From: an uncultured Gemmatimonadaceae bacterium
GTDB lineage: Bacteria > Gemmatimonadota > Gemmatimonadetes > Gemmatimonadales > Gemmatimonadaceae
Assembly (NCBI GenBank): GCA_963829055.1
Contig: CAWHHI010000005.1
Span: 128,001-192,000, forward strand
DNA length: 64,000 nt
Reading direction: 5' to 3'
In this document: positions 11,488-22,823 of the stretch, piece by piece
How positions within the stretch are numbered: the first letter of the stretch is position 1
How the letters are laid out: the number at the start of each line of letters is the position of its first letter
The notes under the pieces: model-generated
The model's database searches: none
What the model was told of the DNA's origin: nothing
Seen by the model: only the letters and a program-made list of their open reading frames with translations
Translations under genes and position numbers: made by a program

Positions 11488-12908
11488 GTGGCGGTGGTTC
11501 GCGCCGGCACTCGAGCGTCGTTCGGTCGCTGCCGGCTGCCGGCGTCGGGCCACTTTCTCGCCGCCGACGAGCCCGTACTCATCGCGCGCGCGCCGGGTCG
11601 CCTCGACGTCATGGGCGGAATCGCGGACTACAGCGGCTCGCTCGTGCTCGAGATGCCGCTCGCCTGCGCGACGTTCGCCATCGCGCAGGCGCAGACCTGC
11701 GCTTCGACTCGACGTCCTGTCGCTGCGCGGCGGCGAGTCGTTCCGCTTCAGCGTCGAGCTCGCTGAGCTATTCGACTGGCGAACTGCGAACGCCTGAGCG
11801 CACTCGCGGCGTGGTTCGCCGACGCGACCGAGCCGATCGGTGGGCTGCGTACGTCGTCGGCAGCGTCTATCGATGCCTAACGCTGGCAGGCGTCGACGCA
11901 CCTCGGCACGGGCTGCGCCTGCTCATCACGTCCGACGTACCCGAAGGCAAAGGCGTCAGCTCTTCGGCCGCGCTCGAGGTCGCCGTCATGGCCGCGACCG
12001 CGGCCTGCTACGACGTCCGGCATGGACGCCGCCGAGCTCGCGACGGCGTGTCAGTGGGCAGAGAACCACATCGCCGGTGCGCCGTGCGGGATCATGGACC
12101 AGATGACATCCGCGCTCGGCCGCCAGGACCGGCTGCTGCGGCTCCGGTGTCAGCCGGCGACCGTCGAGGGACACGTCGACGTTCCGGCGGGCTATCGCTT
12201 CTATGGTATCGACAGCGGCATTCGTCACGCGGTGACCGGTTCCGATTACGGGACGGTGCGGACGGCGGCGTTCATGGGGTATCGCATGATCGCCGAGCTG
12301 GCGGGATTGCCGGCGGAGCCGGACGGAGCGCGCGTGCACGTCGCGGACGATCGTTGGCGCGGCTATCTCGCGAACATCCCGCCTGACGAGTTCGCGACTC
12401 GATTCGCGGAGCGGCTCCCTGAGCGAATGCGCGGGCGCGGAGTTTCTGGCGCGGTATGGCGGCGATCACGGATACGGTGACGCGCGTCGAGCCCGGAGCG
12501 ATGGTATCCGGTTCGTCAGGCGACGTCGCATCCGGTGTACGAGCACGAGCGCGTGACGCGATTCGCGGAGTTGCTGGCGACCGGGCTCGACCGAGCTGAC
12601 GCTGCGGTGGAGGCGATGGGCGCGCTGATGCTGCGCTCGCACGCGAGCTACGGCGCGTGCGGGCTCGGCAGCGATGGCACCGATCGTCTCGTGGACCTCG
12701 TGATGGAGGCGGGACCCGCGCGCGGACTGTTCGGTGCGAAGATCACGGGTGGCGGCAGCGGCGGGACGGTCGCGATTCTCGGAACCGATGCGGCGCGTGG
12801 TGCGGTGCATCACATCGCGCGCGAGTACGAGCGAGAGACGGGAGGACTGCGGTCGTGTTCGACGCGTCCGGACCAGGGGCGGAGGAGATCGGCGTGCTGT
12901 CATCCTGA
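11488..12908 (+). CDS. GHMP sugar kinase resembling the kinase domain of plant L-arabinokinase (frameshifted; start approximate)
   Basis: [85 protein letters not shown]. Confidence 0.8.
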
Positions 12909-12947
12909 ATCCGCATCGACTCGGGAATCGGCATTGTCTCGGCAGCA

Positions 12948-13099
12948 TGGCCAGTTGATCAGCACTGAGTCGCGTCAGTACGAGGTATCAGGCATCAGGG
13001 CACTGCGGGTACGGCGCGGGAACGGCGACCCAAGCCGGCGGATACGGGACTGAAACCTGATGACTCCTACTGAGTGACTGGCGCACTTGGTACTGGCCA
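12948..13099. repeat. Imperfect long inverted repeat
   Basis: tggccagt...tcagta...atcagg on the left pairs with cctgat...tactga...actggcca on the right. Confidence 0.55.
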
Positions 13100-13241
13100 A
13101 GCCTTGCCGGATGGGCTGCCGTCTCGCGAAACTCGAACTTGCTTTCAGCAGTTCCCTCATCATATGTTAGGCAAGCAGCACTCTCCTTCCCCGCGAAGGA
13201 GCCAAGCTCCCGCGATGATACAGTATCTCCTGCTCACCTCC

Positions 13242-13343
13242 ATGAACCGCCGTACCGGGCCGATTTTCCTCGGCTTCCTGGGCGCAGTGCGCCTCGGAAC
13301 GTCGGAATCGGTCGCTAAGACGGCCGGAGGCCGAGCACCCTAG
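13242..13343 (+). promoter_or_regulatory. Putative leader-peptide ORF of an attenuator (MNRRTGPIFLGFLGAVRLGTSESVAKTAGGRAP; alternative ATG at 13215)
   Basis: Short ORF ending 26 nt before a terminator hairpin, containing segments able to pair alternatively with the terminator's 5' arm. Confidence 0.45.
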
Positions 13344-13369
13344 AAGCGCGGGATTCGATGTCGTGATCC

Positions 13370-13405
13370 GGCCTTTCGGGTGCAGCCAACCCGAAAGGCC
13401 TTTTT
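13370..13405 (+). terminator. Intrinsic terminator in the 5' leader of the ABC exporter
   Basis: 12-bp perfect stem ggcctttcgggt/acccgaaaggcc, 7-nt loop, TTTTT tail, 30 nt upstream of ATG 13436. Confidence 0.8.
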
Positions 13406-13435
13406 GCTGCCCCTCCCTGTCAGCGGATCACGATC

Positions 13436-15693
13436 ATGAATCAGGAAATCATTACCCGATACATCGGCCAGCCGGCGCGTCTGCCTGACGACGCTCCGCG
13501 CGCGCTCGAGCGCGCGTGGAACGGCGAGCCGATACAGCTCTACGCGCTCGCGGACCTCGACCACACGCTCAAGCTCGAGCGAGTCGTGGCTGGCGTTAGG
13601 CGCGAGCCACGTCGCGCTCGCGCGCCGGCGTCGGACGGCGCGTGGGACGATCGAGAGCGTCGAGCGCTCGCGCATGCGGTCGCTGCGCGACGTCGCCCGG
13701 CCTCAGCGCGAACACGCTGCTCATCCTCGGCGACGAGGGCGCGGCGCCGCTGCTCGTCGTGCGCTACACGCAGCGGCAGCGCGCGCGCGGTCGAGAACAT
13801 TCGCTTCGTGCTCGACGAGGCGCTCACCGGACGCTCGGTGACGCTCGACGACGCGGATCGCGTGTACGCGGACGCGGTCGCGCGCCCGGTGCGCGACGCG
13901 CAGGCGCTCGTGTCGGGACGCGAGTCGCGCGGTGATGTTCCGCCTGCTCCGCTACCTCGCGCCGTACCGTCGCCAGGTGACGCATCGGTCTCTCGGCGGC
14001 GGCGGTCGTGACGCTCGCGAGCCTGCTTCCGCCGTACCTGGCGGGATACCTGATCGACCGCGTGGTGCGGCCGACGCAGGAGGGCACGCTCACGGTCGAC
14101 GTCGCGCGACGCATGGCGTGGATCGCGGTGACGGCGATGGCGCTGCTGCACGTCGTGCGGCAGGCGGCGGCGCACCTGCGGCTGCGGCTCATGTCGATGC
14201 TCGGCGAGCTGGTGGCGCGCGATCTGCGGCCGGAGCTGTACGCGCACATCCAGCGGTCGAGCCTCGTCGTTCTTCTCGCGCAAGAAGACGGGAAGCCTGA
14301 TCACGCGCGTCACGGCGGACACCGATCGCCTGTGGGAGTTCATCGCGTTCGGCGTCGTGGACGTGTCGCTGTCGCTCGTGATGCTCATCGGCCTCGGCGT
14401 CGTGCTGCTGACGCTCGACTGGCGGCTCGGTCTCGTGATGACGCTGCCGGTGCCGGTGTTCTGCTGGCTGATCTACCGGCACGGCGAGTCGCTGAACGGG
14501 TTGTTCATCCGCGACGTGGCGGAAGTGGTCGCGCGTGACGGACATCCTGTCGGACACGATTCCGGGCATTCGCGTGGTGAAGGCGTTCAATCAGGAGTCG
14601 CGTGAGATCGACCGGTTCGACGAGCGCAACGACGGACGTGACGGACGAGATCAACCGCATTCATCAGCTGTGGACGACGTTCTGGCCGCTGCTGATGCTC
14701 GCGGTGCACGCGACGACGGTGCTCGTGTGGGTGTTGGCGGTGCCGCGGTTGTTAGGCAGCGGCCATCCGCTGTCGGCGGGTGTGTTCGTGTCGTTCCTGC
14801 TGTACACGACGATGTTCGTCGCGCCGATCGAGGTGATCGGACAGATGGTGCGCACGATCAACCGCGCGACGTCGTCGGCGCATCGCGTGTTCGAGGTGCT
14901 CGACAGCGAGCCGGAGGTGAAGGACGTGCCGGAGGCGGTGCGTCTCTCGCCGGTGCGACGGTCGGGTGACGTTCGAGAACGTGACGTTCGCGTACGACGG
15001 CGTGCGGCAGATTCTGCGCGGCATCTCGTTCGACGTGCAGCCGGGCGAGCTGATGGGACTCGTCGGACCGTCGGGCGGCGGCAAGTCGACGGTGGTGAGC
15101 CTGATCGCGCGCTTTTACGACGTGTCGGGCGGCGCGATCCGGATCGACGGCGTGAACGTGCGCGATCTCGACACGCGGGCACTATCGCGAGCAGCTCGGC
15201 ATGGTGCTCCAGGATCCGTATCTGTTCCACGGGACGGTGCTGGACAACATCCGGTATGGCGTTGCCGAGGGCGTCGTTAGGTGCGGTGGTGGAGGCGGCG
15301 AAGGCGGCGAACGCGCACGACTTCATCTGCAAGCTCGGCCAGGGGTACGACACCGTGGTCGGCGAGCGGGGACACACGCTGTCGGGCGGTGAGCGTCAGC
15401 GGATCTCGATCGCGCGAGCGATCCTGCACGACCCGCGGATTCTCATTCTCGACGAGGCGACGAGCAGCGTGGACACGGAGACGGAGCATCAGATCCAGGA
15501 GGCGCTCGATCGGCTGATCGCGGGTCGCACGGTGTTCGCGATCGCGCACCGCCTGTCGACGCTGCGCAAGGCGTCGCGGCTGTTCGTGATCTCGGAGGGC
15601 CGGCTGGCGGAGTCGGGAACGCATCGCGAGTTGTTAGGCAAGCCGGATGGCATTTATCGGCGGTTGTACGAGATGCAGTTGCAGCTGCAGTAG
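13436..15693 (+). CDS. ABC exporter (fused TMD + NBD) with N-terminal extension, DUF1854-associated type (frameshifted)
   Basis: About 165 aa N-terminal extension, TMD ([15 protein letters not shown]), Walker [34 protein letters not shown]. Confidence 0.85.
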
Positions 15694-15804
15694 ATTCATC
15701 GGAAGCCTGCTCGAGCGAGCGATCGCGCGAGAGACTCGATCGCTGAGAGCGATCGCAATCGCGTCATCTGCTGACCGCACTGCGTTGCGAGCTGACGACG
15801 TCAC

Positions 15805-16306
15805 ATGACGATTACAGACGATGACATGAATTGAACGAGGCGCCGCCGGGGCTCATGCTGCGGCTCGCGACCGACGGGCGATTGCACGTCACGGTCGACG
15901 GACGGTGCGTGCGCGGTACGGCTGCGGCAGTGCTTTCCGTGGTCGGAGCCCGGGCTGCACCTGTCGCTCCGCGACGACGAGGATCGCGAGGTCGCGATCG
16001 TCGACGACCCGGCGCTGCTCGAGCCGGAGTCTCGGCGTGCGCTGGAGCAGGCGTTGGCCGAGGCGGGGTTCGTGCTCGAGGTGACGCGCGTGCTGAACAT
16101 CGACGGAGGAAGTCGAGATCCGGCAGTGGACCGTCGAGACGCAGCAAGGGCCACGGTCGTTCCAGACTCACCTCGACGATTGGCCGCGTGTGCTGCCTAA
16201 CGGCGGTCTGCTCATTCGCGACGTCGCGGGTGATCTCTACCGGCTCGCGTCACCGCAGACGATGGACAAGCACAGCCGCGAGCTGCTGTGGGCGTTCGTG
16301 GACTAG
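15805..16306 (+). CDS. DUF1854-like protein (frameshifted)
   Basis: Stitched frames read ...RQCFPWSEP..HLSLRD..DREVA...WTVETQQGPRSF...LLIRDVAGDLY...MDKHSRELL. Confidence 0.7.
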
Positions 16307-17295
16307 AAGCCGGAAGGCGGACGGAGGAGCGGCGGCACGGCGTGACCGGTCGCGAGAGCTCTCAGTCGGGATTCCCTCTGCACTTCCTCGGTCACGCTCG
16401 GAATTCCGGCGAGGTACTCGGCCACCGTGGCCGTTGCCTCCTCGTGTGGAAAGTGTCCGACGCCCTCCAGGTGCTCGGTACGGAGCAGGTTCCCGAGGGA
16501 CTCGAGCACCTGCAGCTCGGCGGAATCCGGCTCTGCGGGGTGCGGCACCATGCCCAGGATGACGGTGGTCGGAACGTGCACGCGCGACACCAGCGTTAGG
16601 CGCGACTCCGGCTCCCGCGCGCGCGAAAGACGCTTCGCCATCGCGATCACTTTGGAGAGATGGTCCAGGAACGGATCGGTGTACGCGCGCTGCGTAGCCG
16701 AGTCGAGCCACTCCTGATGCCCTGCGTTCTGTCGCAGGCCGCGGATGATGCGCCCGCGGACGAAGCCGCGACCACCCGGAAGTCGAACAATGAAAGGCAC
16801 CAGGCTCAGCGACGACGAGAATACCTTCGTACGATTCTCGGCGAGCGCGCCGACGTCGAGGAGATACAACGCCGAGACGCGCGTCGGCGCATTCGCGGCG
16901 AGTCGGAGCGCGACCCCGGCGCCGTGTGCGTGGCCAACGACCCGCGCCGAATCGACGCCATACTCGGCGAGCAGAACGTCGACGTAGCGCGCGAGCGCGG
17001 CGAACGTGACATCGGAGGAGTCGACCGCGAGGCGATACGGGTCGATGATGATGACGCGATGGCCTCGCTCGACCAGCTCCACCTGCAGTCGCCGGAATCC
17101 CGCGACGCCTCCGACGAGGCCGCTCAAGAGCACGTACGTCGCCGGACCGGTGCCGCTGATCGTCAGAACCGTGGAGTCACGACGCGTTGGCTGCGCGCCG
17201 AGCGCCGTGACTTCTGTCGCTGCTGTGACGAACGTGATGACGAACGCGAACGCGCACCACCGGCGCGCGGCGCACCAACCGATCGTACGACCCAT
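16303..17295 (-). CDS. Secreted alpha/beta-hydrolase fold protein with atypical nucleophile elbow (GHAHG)
   Basis: VLLSGL.GG, VVGHAHGAGVA, LYLLD, EGVGHFPHEE. ATG 17295 has an upstream GGAG. Confidence 0.75.
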   Translation of the reverse strand: MGRTIGWCAARRWCAFAFVITFVTAATEVTALGAQPTRRDSTVLTISGTGPATYVLLSGLVGGVAGFRRLQVELVERGHRVIIIDPYRLAVDSSDVTFAALARYVDVLLAEYGVDSARVVGHAHGAGVALRLAANAPTRVSALYLLDVGALAENRTKVFSSSLSLVPFIVRLPGGRGFVRGRIIRGLRQNAGHQEWLDSATQRAYTDPFLDHLSKVIAMAKRLSRAREPESRLTLVSRVHVPTTVILGMVPHPAEPDSAELQVLESLGNLLRTEHLEGVGHFPHEEATATVAEYLAGIPSVTEEVQRESRLRALATGHAVPPLLRPPSGF

Positions 17296-17408
17296 CCTGG
17301 CAGTCTCCGTCGAAGCAACGACCTGATGGTGCGCGTCAGGCCTCACTCATCGACTATGTCGCCCGCATCGACGGAGCGCCAGCTCGATTCTCTTCGAATC
17401 GTTTCCCG

Positions 17409-20400
17409 TTAGGGGTTTCCTTTCGACGCGCGGTCGATCGGCGCCGGGCGCGGTACGCGCTTGAACGGGTTCTGCTCGAGCAGCTTCATCGCCTCCTGCA
17501 CCGCGCGCTCGAGCTGCGGGTCGCGACCCTTGATCACATCGGCCGCCGAGTATTCGACTTCGATGTCGGGCTTGATGCCTTCGTTCTCGACCGACCACTT
17601 CCCGTTCAGGTCGTAGAACGCGAGACCCGGGGCGGTGATGCCGCCGCCGTCGATGGTCTGCGGAACTCCGAGCGTGCCGACGAGACCGCCCCACGTTCGC
17701 GTGCCCACGACCGGCCCGAGCTTGCGCTGCTTGAACATGTACGGAAGTGCATCGCCACCCGAGCCGGCGGACTCGTTCACGATCATCACCTTCGGTCCGA
17801 AGATGCCGGCCGACGGCGACGTGATCGTCTTGCCATCGCGCCTCGCGAAGAAGCCCATGAGCTTTCGATCGAGCTCGTTCACGATGTAGTCGGCGACCTG
17901 GCCGCCCTGGTTGTATCGCTCGTCGATGATCGAGCCTTCCTTCTGCTGCTGGGCGTAGAAGTAGCGCGTGAAGTACGTGTATCCGCCGCCCGCCGTGTTA
18001 GGCAGCCAGACGTACGCGAGCCGTCCATTCGACAGCGAGTCCACCAGCCGCCGATTGTTCTCCACCCACGCTCGGCTCCGGAGCCCGTCCTCGGTCGCGA
18101 CTGGTACGACGGTCACGAGCCGCGAACCTTCAGCGGAAGGCGTCTTGCTGACGCGAATGATCGTCTGGCGATTCGCGGTGCCCTCGAACGCCTTGTAGAT
18201 GTTGCTCGGCGGCGTGATCGGCGCGCCGTTCACCTCGAGCAGATAGTCGCCGTTGGCGACCTGAATCCCCGGTGCGCTCAACGGGGCGCGGAGGTCGGGA
18301 TTCCAGTTCTCGCCCGAGTAGATGTGTTTGATGCGATAGTGACCGTTCTCGATCGTGTAATCGGCGCCGAGCATGCCGACGCTCACCGGCGGGTCTGCGG
18401 GCACGTCGCCCGGTCCGGTCAGATACGAGTGTCCAACGACGAGCTCACCGGCTGCCGTCGCGATGAGATAGCCAAGGTCATCGCGGTGTCCGACGTACTG
18501 CACGAGCGGGCTGTACTTCGCCCACACCGCGTTCCAGTCGGCGCCGTGCATCTTGGCGTCATAGAAGTACTCGCGCTGAATGCGCCACGTCTCCTTGAAG
18601 ATCTGCGCCCACTCGGCGCGCGGATCGACGTACGCCTCGATCGTGCGCCACGGTGATCGGACCGTCGCCGACGCGTGCCGGACGATCGCTCGGGACGACG
18701 CCCCAGCGTCCGCCGTCGGGCCGCCGCCGGCCTGATAGAGGAGTTTCTTCCGGTCGCCCGAGAGCGAGTACGAGCGAATCCCTTCGATGAACGGCGTGGC
18801 CGCGCGATCGCGCAGCACGTAGCGCTGTACCCGGAACGCGCCGGCGCCGCCCGGCATCGGCTCGGCGTAGAAGAACGAGCCGGCCGGGCCGGCGGTGAGA
18901 TTGCTGTAGTCCGCTGGCGGAACGGCGATCGACAGCACGCGCTGTGTGATGCCGGCGACGTCGATGCGCGTCGGGGATTCGGGGCGCGGACGCGGAGTGG
19001 CCGGGGCAGCCGCGGCAGCCGGCGGCGGGCTACCAGCCGCCGGGGGACCACCAGCTGCCGGCGGACCACCGGCGTTAGGCGGCGGCGCTGGCGTGCCCGC
19101 TTCGTCGCCCGCTTCGGGAAGCAACGGCGACGGCTCGGTGGCCGAGAGGACGATGAGATAGACGGAGCGGCGAACGGGACGATCGGTGGAGCTCATCTCG
19201 AGCCAGCCGACGTTAGGCCCGAAGTTCGTGCTGGCGAGGAAGTAGAGATACTTGCCGCTCGCGTCGAATGCCGGCGAGATCGCGTCGGACAGACCGTCGG
19301 TCAGCTGATGCGCTTTGCCGTCGGCGAACGAGTACACGAAGATCGCGCGGAGATGATTGTCCAGGTTCTTCGAGTACGCGATCCAGCGCGAGTCGGGGGA
19401 CCACACGGGGTCGAGTCGTGCGGCCCGGATCGTCGAACGTGTCGGAATCGATCTTCGTCGCCTTGCCTGACGCGACGTCGAGCGACCAGAGATTGAGATG
19501 GTTGTCCTGGAACGAGAGCTGCTTGCCGTCTGGCGACCACGCGAGCTCGGACGGGTACGCGACCGACGGCAGCGTGACGGCGCGCGGTTTGGCGATGCCC
19601 GTCTGCTCGCCGATCATGAGCTGGTATTCGCCGGTCGCGTCGGAGAACCACGCGAGCTGCGATCCGTCTGGCGACCACACAGGATCGCGATCGTTCACGG
19701 CGGTGCTGCGCGTGACGTTGCGGTAGTCGCCTTTCTCGACCGGGACGGTGAAGATGTCGCCGCGCGCCTCGAGCGCGACGCGCACACCGGTCGGGCGAGA
19801 GCGACGAGCTCCGAATCATGCCGGCGACGCGCTTGATTCCCGCGCGCGCCCACGGCAGATCGCCCGTCACGTCGATGTCGAGCCGGCGTGACTGTCCGGT
19901 CTTGGCATCGACCAGGTGGATGTAGCCGGCCTGCTCGTAGACGACCGCGTCCGGACCCGCCGACGCATTCGCGATGTCGAAGTCGTCGTGATGCGTGAGC
20001 TGCTTCAGCTCCTTCGTGTCGCTGTTGTACGAGAAGAGATTCGTGGTGAACGCGCGGTCGGACAGGAAGTACACCGTGTTCCCGATCCACATCGGATACG
20101 AGTCGTTGCTGTCGGTCCACGGCAGCTTCGTGACGGAGTTGTCCGCCACGTTCATCACGCGAATGGGATGCGTGCGGCCGCCGCGGTAGTGGCGCCATCC
20201 GCTCTGCTCGATCCAGCCGGGAAACATCACGGTGGAGACTTCCTCGTACGCGACGCGCTTCCCGTCAGCCGAGTAGGCACCCGTGTACGCGCGGGGCATG
20301 GGGAGCGTGTCCGGGAGCCCGCCGTCGAGCGCGATCGGAGAACAGGCGGAAGTACGACTGGTGCGGCGGGCTCAGTCGCGCCGAGCCGAACACGCACGCG

Positions 20401-20760
20401 CTTGCCATCCGGCGTCCAGCCGCGGACGCGGTCCAGCCCCGGATGGAACGTCAGGCGTGTCGGGTCGCCGCCCGCGGTGGGCATGACGTACACATCGGTG
20501 TTGCCGCCGACGGTCGCGGTGAACGCGATCCTGGATCCGTCCGGCGAGAAGTACGGCTCGGTCTCGACGGTGGGTGTCGCCGTCAGGCGGCGCGCCTGAC
20601 CGCCCGCGCGCGGGACGGCCCAGAGGTCACCGGCGTACGTGAACGCCACCTGATCCTTGCTGACGGTCGGGTGGCGGAGGAGTCGCGTGCCTTGCGCCGA
20701 GGCGAGTGAGGTGGCGCCTAACAGCAGTGTCGCTGTGAGCAACAGCGGTCGATGATTCAC
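17409..20760 (-). CDS. Tricorn-like S41 protease (PD40 propellers, PDZ; frameshifted)
   Basis: LLRHPTVS..FTYAGDLW, WSPDG repeats, IIDERYNQGG, NESAGSGGD, GTRTWGG, VENEGIKPD, GRDPQLERA. Confidence 0.92.
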
Positions 20761-20782
20761 AATTAATCTCCGATTGACATAA

Positions 20783-20888
20783 TGTCATCCCGAGGAGCGC
20801 CAGCGACGAGGGACCTTCTGTAATAGCATCGTAGCCGAACCGGCCACGGGTGCTTCACAGAAGGTCCCTCGCTGACGCTCGGGATGAC
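20783..20888. repeat. REP-like element, family A2 (opposite orientation to the 8140 copy)
   Basis: tgtcatcccgag...gagggaccttctgt...catcgtagccgaaccggccac...acagaaggtccctc...ctcgggatgac. Confidence 0.9.
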
Positions 20889-20891
20889 GGC

Positions 20892-22784
20892 CTACTGCAC
20901 AACCTTCGTCTGCACTACTGGCAGCGAAATGAACGACGCCTGCGTTGGCGAGCGGAAGATCTTGTGCGTCGTCACTCGGAAATCCGAGTTCTTCGCCTCG
21001 AAGATGTTCGGCACGAACGTCTGCGGATTGCGATCGATGAGCGGGAACCACGAGCTCTGCACCTGCACCATGATCCGGTGCCCCTTCTTGAAGCGGTAGC
21101 TCTGCGTGTGCAGGTCGATCGCGACCTCTTCGACCTTGTTAGGCGTGAGCCCTTCCGGCTTCTCGAAGCTCTTTCGGAACCGGCTGCGGAACACTTCGTT
21201 CGACACCATCAGCTGATAGCCAGCGAGCTTCGGATTCGGCTCGTACTTCTCCGGGTAGACGTCGATCAGCTTGACGATGAAGTCTGCGTCGGATCCGGTC
21301 GTCGAAGCGAACAGCTTCGCGAGCACGTCACCGGCGATCACCACGTCTTCGTCGAGCGGAGCAGTCTGCCACGCATTGACGTCCGGGCGGCCCTCGGCGA
21401 AGCGCTGGTCGTCGACGAGCCATTGCGACCACGTCGAGCCCGGCCCGAACGTCGACAGGATCGGCCTCGCGCGGTACGGAACCGGCTTCGACGGATCAGA
21501 CACGTACGCATCGAACGCACTGTCCGGCTTCGTCGCGGGCGGCGCGTCGAACGCGAGCTTGCCGCCCGAATGGAAGTACAGCTTGCGTGCGGTCACCTCA
21601 CGCTTCGGCGGCCAGCTATCGTAGGACCGCCACTCATTCGCACCGGACTCGAACGTCGTCGCTTCCGCGAGATCGAGCTTGCCTTTGTCCTTGAGCCAGT
21701 AGGCGAACCACGGCCGCTCGATGTTCTTTCTGTAGTATTGCGCGGTGTTGCTGCCGAATTCGATCGGGCCAAGCTTGTCGCCGGTGCGGCCGCGCCAGCC
21801 CCCGTGATTCCACGGCCCGACGACGAGATAGTTCAGGTGCTTCGTGTCGTGCGGCTCGAGCGCTCGGTAGATCGTGACCGGGCCGTAGAAATCTTCCTGG
21901 TCCCACCAGCCGGCGACGTTGAGCGTCGGGACGGTCACGCGGTCGAGGTATTTGACGACCGCTTCGCGCTGCCAGAACTCGTCGAAGTTCGGGTGCGCGA
22001 CGTAGTTCTTCCACGTCGGGAACTTGCCCTGCGGCAAGCTATCGGTGATCGTCTTGAGGGAACCTAACGACAGATACCAGCTGTAGAGATCGTACTGGGG
22101 AAAGTCGAACAGCGTCATCTCCTTGCCGCCTTCCATCAACGCGACGTACTCGAACCCGTAGTTCAGGCGGAACGCGCCGTTGTGGTGGAAGTCGTCGCCG
22201 AGGAACATCGATGCGGGCGAGGCTTGCGGCGAGACGGCCTTGAGCGCGGGATGCGGGTCGAGCATCGCCATCACGGTGAGCCAGCCCGGGTACGAGACCC
22301 CGAGCATCCCGACGCGGCCGTTGTTGCCCGGCGCGTTCGCGAGCACCCACTCGATGGTGTCGTACGTGTCGCTGCTCTCGTCGATCGCCTTCGTGTCGCG
22401 CTTGTCGCGCGGCGGGCGCAACATCACGAACTGCCCTTCTGAGCCGAAGCGGCCGCGGATGTCCTGGAAGACGAAGATGAAACCCTCTTCCGCGAGCTCG
22501 GCGTACGACGTCGCGAACACACCTCCCGCTCCGGCGATGCCGTATGGGGTGCGCGTGAGGATGACGGGCAGGTTCGTCGTCCTGGCCTTTGGGGTGTAGA
22601 TGAGCGTGTGCAGCTTCACCCCGTCGCGCATGGGGACCATCACTTCGCGCTTCTCGAACGCGGTGGCGGGATCGGCAGGCGGCGCTGGCGTCTGCGCGCG
22701 AGCGATCGTCGCCGAAGCGACGACGGATGATGCGAGGGCGCCGGTGACGAGAACGGCGACGCGCGAAAGCCGGAGAGTCATCAT
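20892..22784 (-). CDS. CocE/NonD family hydrolase (alpha-amino acid ester hydrolase / glutaryl-7-ACA acylase-like)
   Basis: VPMRDGVKL, RTPY, QDIRGRFGSEG, GVSYPG nucleophile, GWWDQED, GPWNHG, QSSWFPLIDRNPQ. Confidence 0.92.
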   Translation of the reverse strand: MMTLRLSRVAVLVTGALASSVVASATIARAQTPAPPADPATAFEKREVMVPMRDGVKLHTLIYTPKARTTNLPVILTRTPYGIAGAGGVFATSYAELAEEGFIFVFQDIRGRFGSEGQFVMLRPPRDKRDTKAIDESSDTYDTIEWVLANAPGNNGRVGMLGVSYPGWLTVMAMLDPHPALKAVSPQASPASMFLGDDFHHNGAFRLNYGFEYVALMEGGKEMTLFDFPQYDLYSWYLSLGSLKTITDSLPQGKFPTWKNYVAHPNFDEFWQREAVVKYLDRVTVPTLNVAGWWDQEDFYGPVTIYRALEPHDTKHLNYLVVGPWNHGGWRGRTGDKLGPIEFGSNTAQYYRKNIERPWFAYWLKDKGKLDLAEATTFESGANEWRSYDSWPPKREVTARKLYFHSGGKLAFDAPPATKPDSAFDAYVSDPSKPVPYRARPILSTFGPGSTWSQWLVDDQRFAEGRPDVNAWQTAPLDEDVVIAGDVLAKLFASTTGSDADFIVKLIDVYPEKYEPNPKLAGYQLMVSNEVFRSRFRKSFEKPEGLTPNKVEEVAIDLHTQSYRFKKGHRIMVQVQSSWFPLIDRNPQTFVPNIFEAKNSDFRVTTHKIFRSPTQASFISLPVVQTKVVQ

Positions 22785-22797
22785 CGCAACGGTGGGC

Positions 22798-22823
22798 TTT
22801 GGTCGACAGTTTTGGTATACCAC
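22798..22823. promoter_or_regulatory. Candidate tandem GntR(FadR)-type operator upstream of the CocE/NonD gene
   Basis: tttggtcgacagttttggtataccac contains the palindrome TGGTATACCA and matches 24334-24358. Confidence 0.6.

Noticed and set aside
18985..19105. Pro/Ala/Gly repeats in the tricorn gene (and the PLPLPL hexamer tract at about 50770-50797)
   Set aside because: Ordinary low-complexity linker or signal-peptide sequence.
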